A stretch of DNA of 64,000 nucleotides from Pseudomonadota bacterium (GCA_040388555.1 JAZKBP010000027.1:20463-84462), one strand, 5' to 3'; positions 31,730 through 41,927 are shown, numbered from the stretch's first letter. Notes: generated by a model from the sequence alone, not told the origin. Numbers and translations: made by a program.

Positions 31730-33292
31730 ATGCCAGATTCACATATCCTCGCCATCGACAATGGCACCCAGAGCGTGCGCGCGATTCTGTTCGACCTCAA
31801 GGGCAATATCGTGGCCAAGTCCCAGGTGCACCTGGAGGCGTATTTTTCCGACCATCCGGGCTGGGCCGAGCACGACGCCGACGGCTATTGGGACGCGGTG
31901 TGCACGGCATGCCAGCGCCTGTGGAGCGAGCCGGGCGCGGACAAGACGCGCGTGGCCGGCGTGGCCATCACCACCCAGCGCGGCACGGTGGTTAACCTGG
32001 ACCGCCACGGCAAGCCGCTGCGTCCGGCCATCACCTGGCTCGACCAGCGCCGCACCGACGAGGTGCCGCCGATGGGCATGCTGTGGAGCGCGGCGTTCAA
32101 GCTGGCGCGCGTCGACAGCACCATCAATTTTTTTCGCGGCGAGGCCGAGATCAACTGGATCAAGGCGCACCAGCCGGACGTCTGGAAAAAGACCGACAAG
32201 TTCCTGCTGCTGTCGGGTTACCTGAACTACCGTATGTCGGGCCGCTTCGTCGATTCGATCGGCTCGCAAGTGGCCTACATCCCCTTCGACTACAAGAAGC
32301 AGCAGTGGGCCGGACCGCTCGACTGGAAGTGGCAGGCGCTGGCCGTCACGCCCGAGATGCTGCCCGAGCTGGTCGAGCCGGGCACGGTGATCGGCGCCAT
32401 CGATGCCGATGTCGAACGCGCAACCGGCATCCCGGTCGGCACGCCGATCATCGCCGCGGCCGCCGACAAGGCGTGCGAAGTGATCGGCGCCGGCTGCCAG
32501 GCTCCGCACATCGGCTGCATCAGCTACGGCACCACCGCCACCATCAACACCACCACCAAGAAGTACGTGGAGGTGACGCCTTTCATACCGCCATATCCCT
32601 CTGCGATTCCCGACACCTATAGCACCGAGGTGCAGATCTTCCGCGGCTACTGGATGGTCAACTGGTTCAAGGAGCAGTTCGGCCATCACGAGCAGGCGCA
32701 GGCCGCCACCCGCGGCGTGGCGCCGGAGTCGCTATTCGACGATCTGGTCAACACGGTGCCGCCCGGCTCGATGGGCTTGATGCTGCAGCCTTACTGGACG
32801 CCGGGGATCCGGGTGCCGGGGCCGGAAGCGAAGGGCGCGATCATCGGCTTTGGCGACGTCCACACGCGCGCCCACGTGTACCGCGCCATCCTCGAGGGCC
32901 TCGCATATGCGCTACGCGAGGGCAAGGAGCGCACCGAAAAGCGCAGCGGCGTGAAGATCACCGAACTGCGCGTCTCGGGCGGCGGCTCGCAAAGCGACGC
33001 GGCCATGCAGCTGACGGCCGATATCTTCGGACTGCCGACGGCGCGCCCGCACATCTACGAGACGTCCGGCCTGGGCGCGGCGATTGACGCGGCCGTTGGC
33101 CTGGGCCTGTACCCGGACTTCGAGCATGCGATCGGCAAGATGACGCGCATCGGCCGCGTGTTCAAGCCAATCGCGAAGAACCAGGAAATGTACGATCGCC
33201 TGTACCGGCGCGTGTACCAGAAGATGTATGCGCGGCTGCAGCCGATGTATCAGGAAATCGCCGACATCACCGGCTATCCGCGCAAGGTGTAA
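31730..33292 (+). CDS. FGGY-family carbohydrate kinase
   Basis: N-terminus ILAIDNGTQSVRAILFD with C-terminal FGGY motifs (...LRVSGGGSQSDAAMQLTADIFG...). The start is ATG 31730 inside the longer track ORF. Confidence 0.85.
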   Translation: MPDSHILAIDNGTQSVRAILFDLKGNIVAKSQVHLEAYFSDHPGWAEHDADGYWDAVCTACQRLWSEPGADKTRVAGVAITTQRGTVVNLDRHGKPLRPAITWLDQRRTDEVPPMGMLWSAAFKLARVDSTINFFRGEAEINWIKAHQPDVWKKTDKFLLLSGYLNYRMSGRFVDSIGSQVAYIPFDYKKQQWAGPLDWKWQALAVTPEMLPELVEPGTVIGAIDADVERATGIPVGTPIIAAAADKACEVIGAGCQAPHIGCISYGTTATINTTTKKYVEVTPFIPPYPSAIPDTYSTEVQIFRGYWMVNWFKEQFGHHEQAQAATRGVAPESLFDDLVNTVPPGSMGLMLQPYWTPGIRVPGPEAKGAIIGFGDVHTRAHVYRAILEGLAYALREGKERTEKRSGVKITELRVSGGGSQSDAAMQLTADIFGLPTARPHIYETSGLGAAIDAAVGLGLYPDFEHAIGKMTRIGRVFKPIAKNQEMYDRLYRRVYQKMYARLQPMYQEIADITGYPRKV

Positions 33293-33301
33293 GGCGGCCG
33301 C

Positions 33302-34666
33302 TCAGGCCACTTTGGCGCTGTCGATGGCGGCGCAGGGCGCTTCGATCGCGCGCGCCGCCTGCACCCGGTTGCGCCCGCATTCCTTGGCCAGGTACATGGC
33401 GCGGTCGGCCGCGATCAACAGCTTGCTCATCTCGTCGCGCCGGCCAGGACGGATCGTGGCCACGCCCACGCTCACCGTGATCCATTGGCTGGCGGAGGAA
33501 CGCGGATGCGGCATGTGCAGCTCTTCCACATGGGTGCGGATCGCCTCGGCCAGGCGCAGTGCATCCTTGGCCTGGGTCTCGGCGAACAGCAGCACGAATT
33601 CCTCGCCGCCGTAGCGCGCGGCCATGTCGGTCGGGCGCAGCGCGTGCGCGGCGATCGCCTGCGCCACTTGCAGCAGGCAGGCGTCGCCGGCCGGGTGGCC
33701 GAGCGTGTCGTTGTACTGCTTGAAGTGGTCGACGTCAATCACCACCAGCGACAGCGGCTGCTTGCTACGTATGGCGCGCTGCCATTCCTTTTCCATGAAG
33801 GTGTCGAAGTGGCGCCGGTTCGCGATTTTCGTCAGCGGGTCGAACAGGGCGGCGCGCTGCAGCTGCGTCTCCGAGTGCTTGTGGTGGGTGATGTCGTGCA
33901 AAAGGCCGATGAACAGCGGCTCGCGCACGAACATGGGCGTGAGCGTCAGGTCCATCGCGCGCGGCTCGCCGTCGCTGTGGCGGATCAGCACTTCGCGCGC
34001 GCCGTGCTGCGGCGGATTGGCCGGGTTGTCGGCGCAGGCCTGGAAGAAGTCCAGGCATTGCTCGGTTACGGCTGGCGGCAGCAGCTCGGCGATGGTGTGG
34101 CCGGCCAGCGCGTTGCCGGGGTAGCCCAGGTATTGGCCGCAGGCCGGGTTGGTGTACTGGATGCGCCCGCACGCTTCGATGATCATCAAGCCCTCGGCCA
34201 TGCCGTCGACGATGCAGCGCAGGTGGTCTGCCTGTTCGCGTGTGCTCTCGTTGTGGCTGTGCAGCTGCAGCTGGGTGCGCACGCGCGCGCACACCTCGGT
34301 CATGCGCAAGGGTTTGCTGATGTAGTCGACCGCGCCGCTATCAAGGCCGGCGGCGACATCGTCGGCCTCCGTATTGGCGCTCATGAAGATGACGGGGATG
34401 CGTTCGGTGCCGGCATGCGCCTTCAGACGCCGGCAAGTCTCGAAGCCGTCCATGCCGGGCATGACGACGTCGAGCAAAATCAAATCTGGGTGCACGCGCT
34501 GGGCGATCTTGAGTGCGCGTTCGCCCGAGGTGGCGACAAAAGTCTGGTAGCCCTGGGAGATCATGGTCTTGCGCAGCGCGCCCAGGTTGGCCGGGACGTC
34601 GTCGACAATCAGGATGGCTGCATCGCGGCGCGCTTGGATGCTGCTGCTGGCGCCGCTGCTATTCAT
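33302..34666 (-). CDS. response-regulator receiver + PAS + GGDEF diguanylate cyclase
   Basis: Receiver (ILIVDDVPANL...DVVMPGMDG), a PAS-like middle, and the GGDEF domain with RYGGEEF. Confidence 0.9.
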   Translation of the reverse strand: MNSSGASSSIQARRDAAILIVDDVPANLGALRKTMISQGYQTFVATSGERALKIAQRVHPDLILLDVVMPGMDGFETCRRLKAHAGTERIPVIFMSANTEADDVAAGLDSGAVDYISKPLRMTEVCARVRTQLQLHSHNESTREQADHLRCIVDGMAEGLMIIEACGRIQYTNPACGQYLGYPGNALAGHTIAELLPPAVTEQCLDFFQACADNPANPPQHGAREVLIRHSDGEPRAMDLTLTPMFVREPLFIGLLHDITHHKHSETQLQRAALFDPLTKIANRRHFDTFMEKEWQRAIRSKQPLSLVVIDVDHFKQYNDTLGHPAGDACLLQVAQAIAAHALRPTDMAARYGGEEFVLLFAETQAKDALRLAEAIRTHVEELHMPHPRSSASQWITVSVGVATIRPGRRDEMSKLLIAADRAMYLAKECGRNRVQAARAIEAPCAAIDSAKVA

Positions 34667-35036
34667 TGTTGGCAGACCGTGGTGGTGGCGTCGCCGGCGC
34701 GGCGTGGCTCGGCCAGGTGGCGTGGAACGGTGATGTCTGCGCGTGCAATCAATGGAAGCCTTCTGGAGTGAAGTGATTGTCTGCGCCGATCATACTGCGG
34801 CTTCAATGTGATGGGTGAAAAATTATTGCCCAACGCCACTTTCAAGTTCCATTTGTGCCAGCGCCGGGGCCCACGCTTTTGGCGGTGCTACAGAATGAAA
34901 ACGCGGCGAATTGGAGGGGCTCCGTGGCCTGGAGGCGAGGGCTGGGATGGGGAAATGTTGTTGCGATATTACAACTCGCGGAGGACTGGACTTGGGCTCG
35001 CTGGTAAGCCTGCGCAAGGCTCTGCGAATTGATGTC

Positions 35037-35073
35037 GGCGGCACCATCACGCCCATTGGGTGACGGTGCCGCC
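35037..35073 (-). terminator. stem-loop just downstream of the aminotransferase gene
   Basis: GGCGGCACCATCAC-gcccattg-GGTGACGGTGCCGCC (one mismatch), 15 nt after the stop at 35088. It has no clear U tract. Confidence 0.35.
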
Positions 35074-35087
35074 GAGCTTTGAAAGCC

Positions 35088-36281
35088 TTACACCTGTGCG
35101 GCGATCAGCTTGCCCAGGATGGCGATGCCTTCGCGGATACGCTCGGGCGAGACCGTCACGAAAGACAGGCGCAGCGTGTTCGTTTCCGGCTCGTTGGCGT
35201 AGAACGGCGCGCCCGGCACGAAAGCGACCTTGTTGGCGATGGCGATGTCGAGCAGCTTCATCGCGTCGATATGCTTGGGCAGGGTCACCCAGATGAACAT
35301 GCCGCCTTCCGGCTTGGTCCAGGAGACCGAGGCCGGGAAGTGCTCGGCCATCGCGTCGAGCATCACCTGGCACTGGTTGCCGTACAGGGTGCGGATACTC
35401 GGGATATGGCGATCGAGGAAGCCGTCCTTGACCACTTCATGCACCACCATCTGGGTCAGCTGCGCGGTGTGCAGGTCGGCCGCCTGCTTGGCCAGCTCGA
35501 GGCGGCGCACCAGCGGGGTTGGCGCCACCACGTAACCGAGGCGGATGCCCGGCGTGAGCACTTTCGAGAACGAACCCATGTAGATGACGCCATCGGGGTT
35601 CATGTTCAGCATTTTAGGGAAGGGCTCGCCGTTGTAGCACAGCGCGCCATAAGGATCGTCCTCGATCAGCGGCAGGCCGTGCGCGGCGCAGGTCTTGACC
35701 AGCTCGAGGCGGCGCTCGACGGACAGGCTGCGCCCGGTCGGGTTCTGGAAGTTCGGCAGCGCGTACAGCAGGCGCGCGCCATCGGCCACCGCTTCGATCG
35801 AGGCTGGCACCAAGCCATGGTCGTCGGTTGCGACGGAGGCGAATTCGGGACGATACACCGAGAACGCTTGCAGCGCGCCCAGGTAGCTCGGGGTTTCAAC
35901 GAGCACGCGGCTGCCTTCGTCGATCAAGACCTTGCCCAAGAGGTCGAGCGCTTGCTGCGAGCCCGACGTCATCAACACTTGTTCGGCGGAGATCTTGACG
36001 CCGTCCGTGGAGAGGGAATTGGCAATCCATTCGCGCAGCGGCGGGAAACCGTCGGTCGGGCCGTATTGCAGGGCCACTTTACCGTTGTCGGTCAAGACCT
36101 TGTCGAACGCTTCCTTCATTTCGCCAACCGGGAAGGTGGCGGGCGAGGGCAGGCCGCCAGCGAAGGAGATGATCTCCGGGCGCTGGGTGATTTTCAGGAT
36201 TTCGCGGATGAACGAGCTTTGCAGCTGGCTGGCGCGGTCCGAAAAACGCCACTGTATCGGGTTTGGATTTTCAATTTTCAT
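35088..36281 (-). CDS. class I/II PLP-dependent aminotransferase
   Basis: The start MKIENPNPIQWRF lies within track ORF 35088..36362. The pattern ...FAGGLPSP...YMGSFSKVLTPGIRLGY... contains the PLP lysine. Confidence 0.85.
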   Translation of the reverse strand: MKIENPNPIQWRFSDRASQLQSSFIREILKITQRPEIISFAGGLPSPATFPVGEMKEAFDKVLTDNGKVALQYGPTDGFPPLREWIANSLSTDGVKISAEQVLMTSGSQQALDLLGKVLIDEGSRVLVETPSYLGALQAFSVYRPEFASVATDDHGLVPASIEAVADGARLLYALPNFQNPTGRSLSVERRLELVKTCAAHGLPLIEDDPYGALCYNGEPFPKMLNMNPDGVIYMGSFSKVLTPGIRLGYVVAPTPLVRRLELAKQAADLHTAQLTQMVVHEVVKDGFLDRHIPSIRTLYGNQCQVMLDAMAEHFPASVSWTKPEGGMFIWVTLPKHIDAMKLLDIAIANKVAFVPGAPFYANEPETNTLRLSFVTVSPERIREGIAILGKLIAAQV

Positions 36282-36416
36282 ACGGGTCTCACAGGGAAGG
36301 GGCCAAATTGCGGCTCGGCCATTATAAAGCACGCTGGGTAAGCGGGCTTCGAAAGGCGGCACTGGGTAAGTGCCGCCGGCATGCGGTGTTGGACGGCGCG
36401 CGCGGGCGCCGCCCGT

Positions 36417-36878
36417 TTATGCGATTTCGACGATCATTTCGATTTCGACGCAGGCGCCCAGCGGAATCTGCGCCACGCCGAAGGCCGAACGGGCGTGCTT
36501 GCCCTGCTCGCCGAACACGTCGCCGAGCAATTCGGAGGCGCCATTCGTGACCAGGTGGTGCTCGGTGAAGTCGGGCGCGGAATTAACCAGGCTCATCAGC
36601 TTGACGATGCGCTTGGCGCGGCTCAGGTCGCCGCCGCAGGCTTGCTGCAAGGTGCCGATGAGGGCGACGGCGATGCCGCGCGCGGCCTGCTTGCCTTGTT
36701 CGGTCGTGACGGTCTTGCCCAGCTGGCCGGCCCAGATGCTGCCGTCGGCGTGGCGCGCCAGGTGGCCGGAAATGAAGACCAGATTGCCGGTCTGGACGTA
36801 CATCACGTAAGCGGCCGCCGGCGCGGCCGGTTCGCTCAGGGTGATGTCGAGGGCTTTGAGTTTTTCGTAGACTGACAT
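36417..36878 (-). CDS. RidA/YjgF-family protein
   Basis: 153 aa with a C-terminus ...RSAFGVAQIPLGACVEIEMIVEI typical of RidA-family proteins. Confidence 0.8.
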   Translation of the reverse strand: MSVYEKLKALDITLSEPAAPAAAYVMYVQTGNLVFISGHLARHADGSIWAGQLGKTVTTEQGKQAARGIAVALIGTLQQACGGDLSRAKRIVKLMSLVNSAPDFTEHHLVTNGASELLGDVFGEQGKHARSAFGVAQIPLGACVEIEMIVEIA

Positions 36879-36979
36879 GGGCTATCCGTAGGTGGGAGGG
36901 GCGGTAAGGCGATATTGTACGTCCATTCGAGCTCGGCCACCCGCGTCGAAACGCGCTTCATGTCATATCCCCCATTGCA

Positions 36980-38428
36980 CTAGTGCGGCGCGCGCACTTG
37001 ATGCGCGATCGGCTCGCCGTTCAGCACGCCCCAGACGGTAACTGCCATCACTTGCGCTCCTTGCAGCAAATCGGCGATCACGACATGGTCGAGCGTGTCC
37101 GCTTGGCTGTGCTGGGTGTGGCTACGGTAATCAAGGGGTTCTTGCATCGGCGTGAAGGCGGGAATGCCGCGATCGAAAAATACATCGTGGTCCGAACCGG
37201 CGCCGATCGCGTAAGGCACATCGAGCGCTCCCAATTGCTTGGCCGGCGCGAGCGCGGCCGACAGCGCCGTGTACCAGGCCTCGACCTTCATGTCCGGGAA
37301 GCCGAGGATGCGTCCGGATCCCGCGTCCATCACGAAGACGGCTTGAATCTTTTCCAGTTCCGCATGGTGCTGCGCGAGGTAGGCTTTACTGCCAAGCAAT
37401 CCTTGCTCCTCCCCCGAGAACAGTACGACGCGCAGGCTGCGGCGCGGCTTCAAGCCCAGCGCATGCATGGTCCGCATCATTTCCATTGCCACGACCGTGC
37501 CGGTGCCATTGTCGGTGGCACCGGTGCCCAGGTCCCATGAATCCTGATGCGCACCAACGATCACCATCTCGTCGGCTAACTCACTGCCCTTGAAGTCGGC
37601 GACGACGTTGTAAGCCTGGACCGGCTGCGCGCCGAAGCCGCCGCCCAATTCCAGTTCCAGGCGCGGGTGCAAGCCCCTGGCGAGCAAGCGCCGCAGCAGC
37701 TTGGCGCTTTCCTTTGTGATGATGCCGGCATTGCGGTCAAAGCGCGAGTTGGGCCCGCCGAGCATATCTTGCAGCTTGCCTTCCTTGCGTGAAATGATGA
37801 GGATGGCCGCGAATTGGGCGTCCTTGATCACTTGATTGACTTCGTTGGCGAACTGACGCATGTTCTTGCCTTGCTCGCTTGATGCTGTCGGGCTCGAAAC
37901 GAGCAACACGATCTTTCCCTTGAGCTTGGGCGCCGCCACCTTGAGCTCGTCCAAGGTATTGACATCAAGCACGGCCACATCGGCCTGAATGGGACCATCG
38001 GTGCCGGTTGTCCACGCCTTTTGCACGATGTCCACGCTTTGACCGTTGGCATTGAGCAGGCGGGCGCGCGCGCTTCCGCGCTGCCACGGTTTGCCCAGCT
38101 CGTAAGCTTCCTCATGCACATTGGTGGCGCCATATTCCTTCAGTTTTTCCATGGCCCATGCTTGCGCCGTGCGCAATTGCGCGGAACCCGTCATGCGCGG
38201 GCCGATGCCGTCGCACATTTCCTCGAGGTTTTGCATCAAGGACGAGTGTCGCGCGATGTCTTCGATGAGGCGTTCTGGCGCCGCTTGGAACGCGCTGCTG
38301 CCCTGATTGGGGTGATGGGCGGGCGCGTTCCCGTTGGCGTTGGCAACCTGGGAATAGGCTACATCCGCCCATATAAATAGCGCGGTGATAACTGCCGCCG
38401 CAAAAAGCTTGTTTGGCATGACGCGCAT
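36980..38428 (-). CDS. secreted M28-family aminopeptidase with PA domain
   Basis: Signal peptide, then M28 metal-ligand regions (...VIVGAHQDSWDLGTGATDNGTG...FSGEEQGLLGS...). Confidence 0.8.
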   Translation of the reverse strand: MRVMPNKLFAAAVITALFIWADVAYSQVANANGNAPAHHPNQGSSAFQAAPERLIEDIARHSSLMQNLEEMCDGIGPRMTGSAQLRTAQAWAMEKLKEYGATNVHEEAYELGKPWQRGSARARLLNANGQSVDIVQKAWTTGTDGPIQADVAVLDVNTLDELKVAAPKLKGKIVLLVSSPTASSEQGKNMRQFANEVNQVIKDAQFAAILIISRKEGKLQDMLGGPNSRFDRNAGIITKESAKLLRRLLARGLHPRLELELGGGFGAQPVQAYNVVADFKGSELADEMVIVGAHQDSWDLGTGATDNGTGTVVAMEMMRTMHALGLKPRRSLRVVLFSGEEQGLLGSKAYLAQHHAELEKIQAVFVMDAGSGRILGFPDMKVEAWYTALSAALAPAKQLGALDVPYAIGAGSDHDVFFDRGIPAFTPMQEPLDYRSHTQHSQADTLDHVVIADLLQGAQVMAVTVWGVLNGEPIAHQVRAPH

Positions 38429-38500
38429 GGTGTCTTTCTTTGCTAGTTGATCGCGGCTTTTGAGGCAAGCGCCAGCGGCTTGCCTTGCCCTGGTTTTGGA

Positions 38501-39028
38501 TTATTGATTCGGCATTGGGGGCAGTGCGGCCACGAACGCGGCCAAGCCGCCCTTGTCGCGAATGGCGATCGCTTCATCCAATTGCGCAGAGCGATTTTCA
38601 GGACGCTTGGCGAGCAGGCTTTCATAGGCGCGCAGCAAGCCTTCAACGCCGGCCAGGGTTTTCGCAGCGAGGTCGCTCGGTTTGGCGCGCGCGTCGGCGA
38701 TATGGTGTTGAACTTGGTACGCCGCCGTGCTTACGGTGTGATGAAAGCGCATCACACGTTTGAGATCGCCCTTGGCCGCGCCATTCATGAACCAGAATGC
38801 GCCGTCATCCGGGCCCAGCATGTAGTCGGGCGTGTCATCGGCCCATTTTTCGAACCAGCGTCCATCGGCGGACGTCATCGTGCCGATCGGATCTTTATCC
38901 GATGCCAAGGCGATTTTCACGACACGGGCTTCTTCGTCAGCCGTGCCGGCGGCGAGGGCCGGCGCGTTGAAGCTGGCGATGATGGCGAGGACGGCGCAAG
39001 CGCGTTGAACGAGGTGTTGAAATTTCAT
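38501..39028 (-). CDS. secreted hypothetical protein
   Basis: The start MKFQHLVQRACAVLAIIASFNAPALA forms a signal peptide. I recognise no family. Confidence 0.6.
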   Translation of the reverse strand: MKFQHLVQRACAVLAIIASFNAPALAAGTADEEARVVKIALASDKDPIGTMTSADGRWFEKWADDTPDYMLGPDDGAFWFMNGAAKGDLKRVMRFHHTVSTAAYQVQHHIADARAKPSDLAAKTLAGVEGLLRAYESLLAKRPENRSAQLDEAIAIRDKGGLAAFVAALPPMPNQ

Positions 39029-39245
39029 GCTAGGACTCCAAGAGTGTGTGAAGGTTGAATGCGTCGGGCTATAACGACATGAGTAGATGTCGTCGCAGCT
39101 CTGCGTATCCAACCTTGAGCAAGTCTTGTGCCAGCACTGAATTTAGCTTGTCTGAGTATGCAAATGGCGCGATATCGCGAAAATGCGCATCCAAAGGTGC
39201 CCGCATTCGGGCAGTCGATGTTCGAGTCCGGACAAACCTTGGGCG

Positions 39246-39641
39246 CTAAGCTGGCTGGATCGCAAGCGCCGATCGCGCGTCCGCTTTCAGGGCGAAGTGG
39301 GTCCATATGCCGCCAAGGAGGTCGACGGCACCGAAGAGAATAATCATGGGACTGGCCAGGCCAAGTAAAGCGAAGGTGGTGAAGGTTGCGAAAACAATGG
39401 CGCGGGTGTACACCGACGCTTCGAGGAAAGGCTTGTTTTCATGCTTGGCCGCGATCCAGCTATAAACGCCGATCATGAACGCGGTGACGCCGACGACGCG
39501 TATCCACACCTCGGAGGTCGCGGCGATGCCGAAAATCGACAGCAAGACATTTGGCGCGACGATCAATACGGCGCCAATGGCGAACAGGTAAATGGCGAAC
39601 ACCTTGGCGCTAAAAGCTGACTTGGACATGTTTTCCTTCAT
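39246..39641 (-). CDS. hypothetical four-helix membrane protein
   Basis: 131 aa with four hydrophobic segments. Confidence 0.6.
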   Translation of the reverse strand: MKENMSKSAFSAKVFAIYLFAIGAVLIVAPNVLLSIFGIAATSEVWIRVVGVTAFMIGVYSWIAAKHENKPFLEASVYTRAIVFATFTTFALLGLASPMIILFGAVDLLGGIWTHFALKADARSALAIQPA

Positions 39642-39655
39642 AGTGGGTGGCTGGC

Positions 39656-40105
39656 TTAGCGCGCTTCTACCGCGGCTTTGATATCGTTAATGTCTTGCAG
39701 GATGGCCTTGCGCATCACGCCCTTGAAGAACAATGACATCGGGATGAGCATCAAGCTAGCGAGGAAACCTTGCGGCTTGGATTCGTGAGACTCGGTCAAA
39801 ACCATCGCGCCGGCGCTCGCGGAAATGCGTTTGGTGCAAACGAACGCAAAGCCGCCATCTTCTGCCTTGGTTTTGTAGAACTCGTTTTCAAGCGCATCCG
39901 TGATCGATTTTTCCACGCTCGCCGGTTTGCCAAAGAGCATGCGTGTTTCGCGCCATTTCAGGCCGACCAGTCCGCTCGCGGGTTTTTCCAGGATCTCGAT
40001 CGCGTCGATACCATTGATGAATGAAGCGGCGTTCTCGATATCCGTGATCGCTGCCCAGATCGCTGGCTTGGATCCATTGATGCTCATCTGGACTTCAACG
40101 ATCAT
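39656..40105 (-). CDS. SRPBCC-fold protein
   Basis: The start MIVEVQMSINGSKPAIWAAITDIENAASF has AGGAG 7 nt upstream. It shows the START-like pattern. Confidence 0.65.
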   Translation of the reverse strand: MIVEVQMSINGSKPAIWAAITDIENAASFINGIDAIEILEKPASGLVGLKWRETRMLFGKPASVEKSITDALENEFYKTKAEDGGFAFVCTKRISASAGAMVLTESHESKPQGFLASLMLIPMSLFFKGVMRKAILQDINDIKAAVEAR

Positions 40106-40243
40106 GGCGATACTCCTGGGTTTAGGATATCCGGACAGCGCGGGGCCGGGCGTCAAGGCACCGCGCCGCTGGATTGTACTAGCCAATCATTCAATGCGTC
40201 GACTTCGGTTGACGCTAGAAGGCTTGCATACGCATGCATCGAT

Positions 40244-40963
40244 TCATGGTCCGCTGTCCGAACACGTTTTCCGCTTCTTCGCCCAGATCGCAACGAGTGC
40301 CAAGCCTGATAGCTGGAAGGGTAGGCGCCACCAATCATCGAGCGGGTTCGAAACGAGCGGTCCGAACGACCAGGCCGCGTCATACCCAGCATGCATGGCG
40401 ATCGGCACGAGCAGGGATCCGGTCCGAATATAAACGAGCCCAAGTACGTATGAAAGCGAGAAGATCCCGACAGCGCCAACGATGGTGAGCGGTTGTGCGC
40501 CGTAATGGTAAACAGTGAAAATTGCGCTGGAAAGCAGGAGTGCGGAAATCCGTCCGAAGTGGTCTTCGAGCAGCGTCTGCACTACGCCTCGATAGAGAAG
40601 CTCTTCTCTCACTGCGACGATGATGCTGGTGAACCCAAAGATGATACGCACAGTCATGTCAGTCGGCATGCCACCGTCAAAGAGAAAGGGAACGAGCAGC
40701 AATGGCAGCATTCCAGCGAAATACAAGGGCGTAAACTGCGCCGCCACGTGCGGCCGCGGACGTTGTTGAATGATTTCCTTGAACAGGAGCCAATAGGCTG
40801 CGATTGTCACCGCGCGGCAGCCCGATAAAAGCAATTCCAATCCGACGCCTTCCGCGTGCGCGCGCAGCCAGGTACGTGTCAAGATCGCATACGCAAGCTC
40901 GATTGCGATCGCCAATATGATTCTGTTCGACATCGCAGGTTTTGCGAGATTAACTTCACTCAT
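40244..40963 (-). CDS. CPBP-family intramembrane glutamic endopeptidase (CAAX protease/Abi-like)
   Basis: Polytopic membrane protein with VREELLYRG (the EExxxR motif) and a downstream FxxxH. Confidence 0.75.
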   Translation of the reverse strand: MSEVNLAKPAMSNRIILAIAIELAYAILTRTWLRAHAEGVGLELLLSGCRAVTIAAYWLLFKEIIQQRPRPHVAAQFTPLYFAGMLPLLLVPFLFDGGMPTDMTVRIIFGFTSIIVAVREELLYRGVVQTLLEDHFGRISALLLSSAIFTVYHYGAQPLTIVGAVGIFSLSYVLGLVYIRTGSLLVPIAMHAGYDAAWSFGPLVSNPLDDWWRLPFQLSGLALVAIWAKKRKTCSDSGP

Positions 40964-41013
40964 GGAGGTTTGCGATGCGATGAATATGGCGAGTGCGCGT
41001 TAATATTGGACGC

Positions 41014-41370
41014 TCATTCATAGACGATTTCCACGTCCGGGACCGAACGTTCTTTCGTGAATACACCTGCCGAAAGCACACCTTTAATCGATAAGCGACT
41101 TTCGGAAAGCCATGTGAGTTTCAACGGGGCGTTGCCGTCGACGATAAGCACGTTGCCGCCGTCGTCTTGGAGCGAGGACGACGCTGCGATAACAGAGACC
41201 TGTGTATTGAACCCCGTCGCGGCACCACAACTTCTGTGGAAGACAACGGCCTTTAGATTTCCGGAGGGCGACACGACGCTGGCTTGCACTTCGTTCTCGC
41301 ATATCGAATCGCATCCGAGCAGCAACAAAGCGGCGGGGAGGTACGCGAGCCAAGAGTAAATTGATTTCAT
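41014..41370 (-). CDS. small lipoprotein
   Basis: The start MKSIYSWLAYLPAALLLLGC contains the lipobox L-L-G-C. Confidence 0.6.
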   Translation of the reverse strand: MKSIYSWLAYLPAALLLLGCDSICENEVQASVVSPSGNLKAVVFHRSCGAATGFNTQVSVIAASSSLQDDGGNVLIVDGNAPLKLTWLSESRLSIKGVLSAGVFTKERSVPDVEIVYE

Positions 41371-41495
41371 CGTCCAATGATAGCAAACGAAATTCCGGCA
41401 ACTGAACCATATTCCACTGTCCGCACCTGAGGTGGCTAAGTCGTCACGTCGATTGTCGAGTTGCCGGCTTCGCCCAGTCACCCGCCGGAACGGAC

Positions 41496-41927
41496 TTAGG
41501 CGGTATGCGATGCCAGCAAGAGAGCGCGGACCTGCTCATATTCTTCAAGGCGCGCATAGTCTTTTTCGGTCGGCTTGGCAATCCGGCTTAAATCCATATT
41601 CTCCGCGTTATCGGCGAGCTTTACTACAAGTGCTACCGGGTCGGCTGCCGCCCGAGCCGCCGCTTGCAAGCGGGATTCGCCAGGATATTTTGTCAGCGCT
41701 TGGATCGCTGATATCACCGCCGGCGGAAAACGTTCATGTTGCAACTGCTCGAGTGTCACCGCAGTATCCTCAACGACATCGTGCAGCACAGCCGCCATGC
41801 GCTCATGATCGCTCGACACCCGAAGCATCACGCGCAAGGGATGAAGGATATACGCTTGGCCGGCTTTGTCGACCTGGCCCGCGTGTGCCGCAGCCGCAAT
41901 TGCAATTGCGCGTTCAAGTGTCGCCAT
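41496..41927 (-). CDS. small HD-domain protein, RelA/SpoT-type hydrolase-like (small alarmone hydrolase candidate)
   Basis: AHAGQVDKAGQAYILHPLRV...AAVLHDVVEDT fits the (p)ppGpp-hydrolase HD pattern. It is 143 aa from ATG 41927. Confidence 0.7.
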   Translation of the reverse strand: MATLERAIAIAAAAHAGQVDKAGQAYILHPLRVMLRVSSDHERMAAVLHDVVEDTAVTLEQLQHERFPPAVISAIQALTKYPGESRLQAAARAAADPVALVVKLADNAENMDLSRIAKPTEKDYARLEEYEQVRALLLASHTA

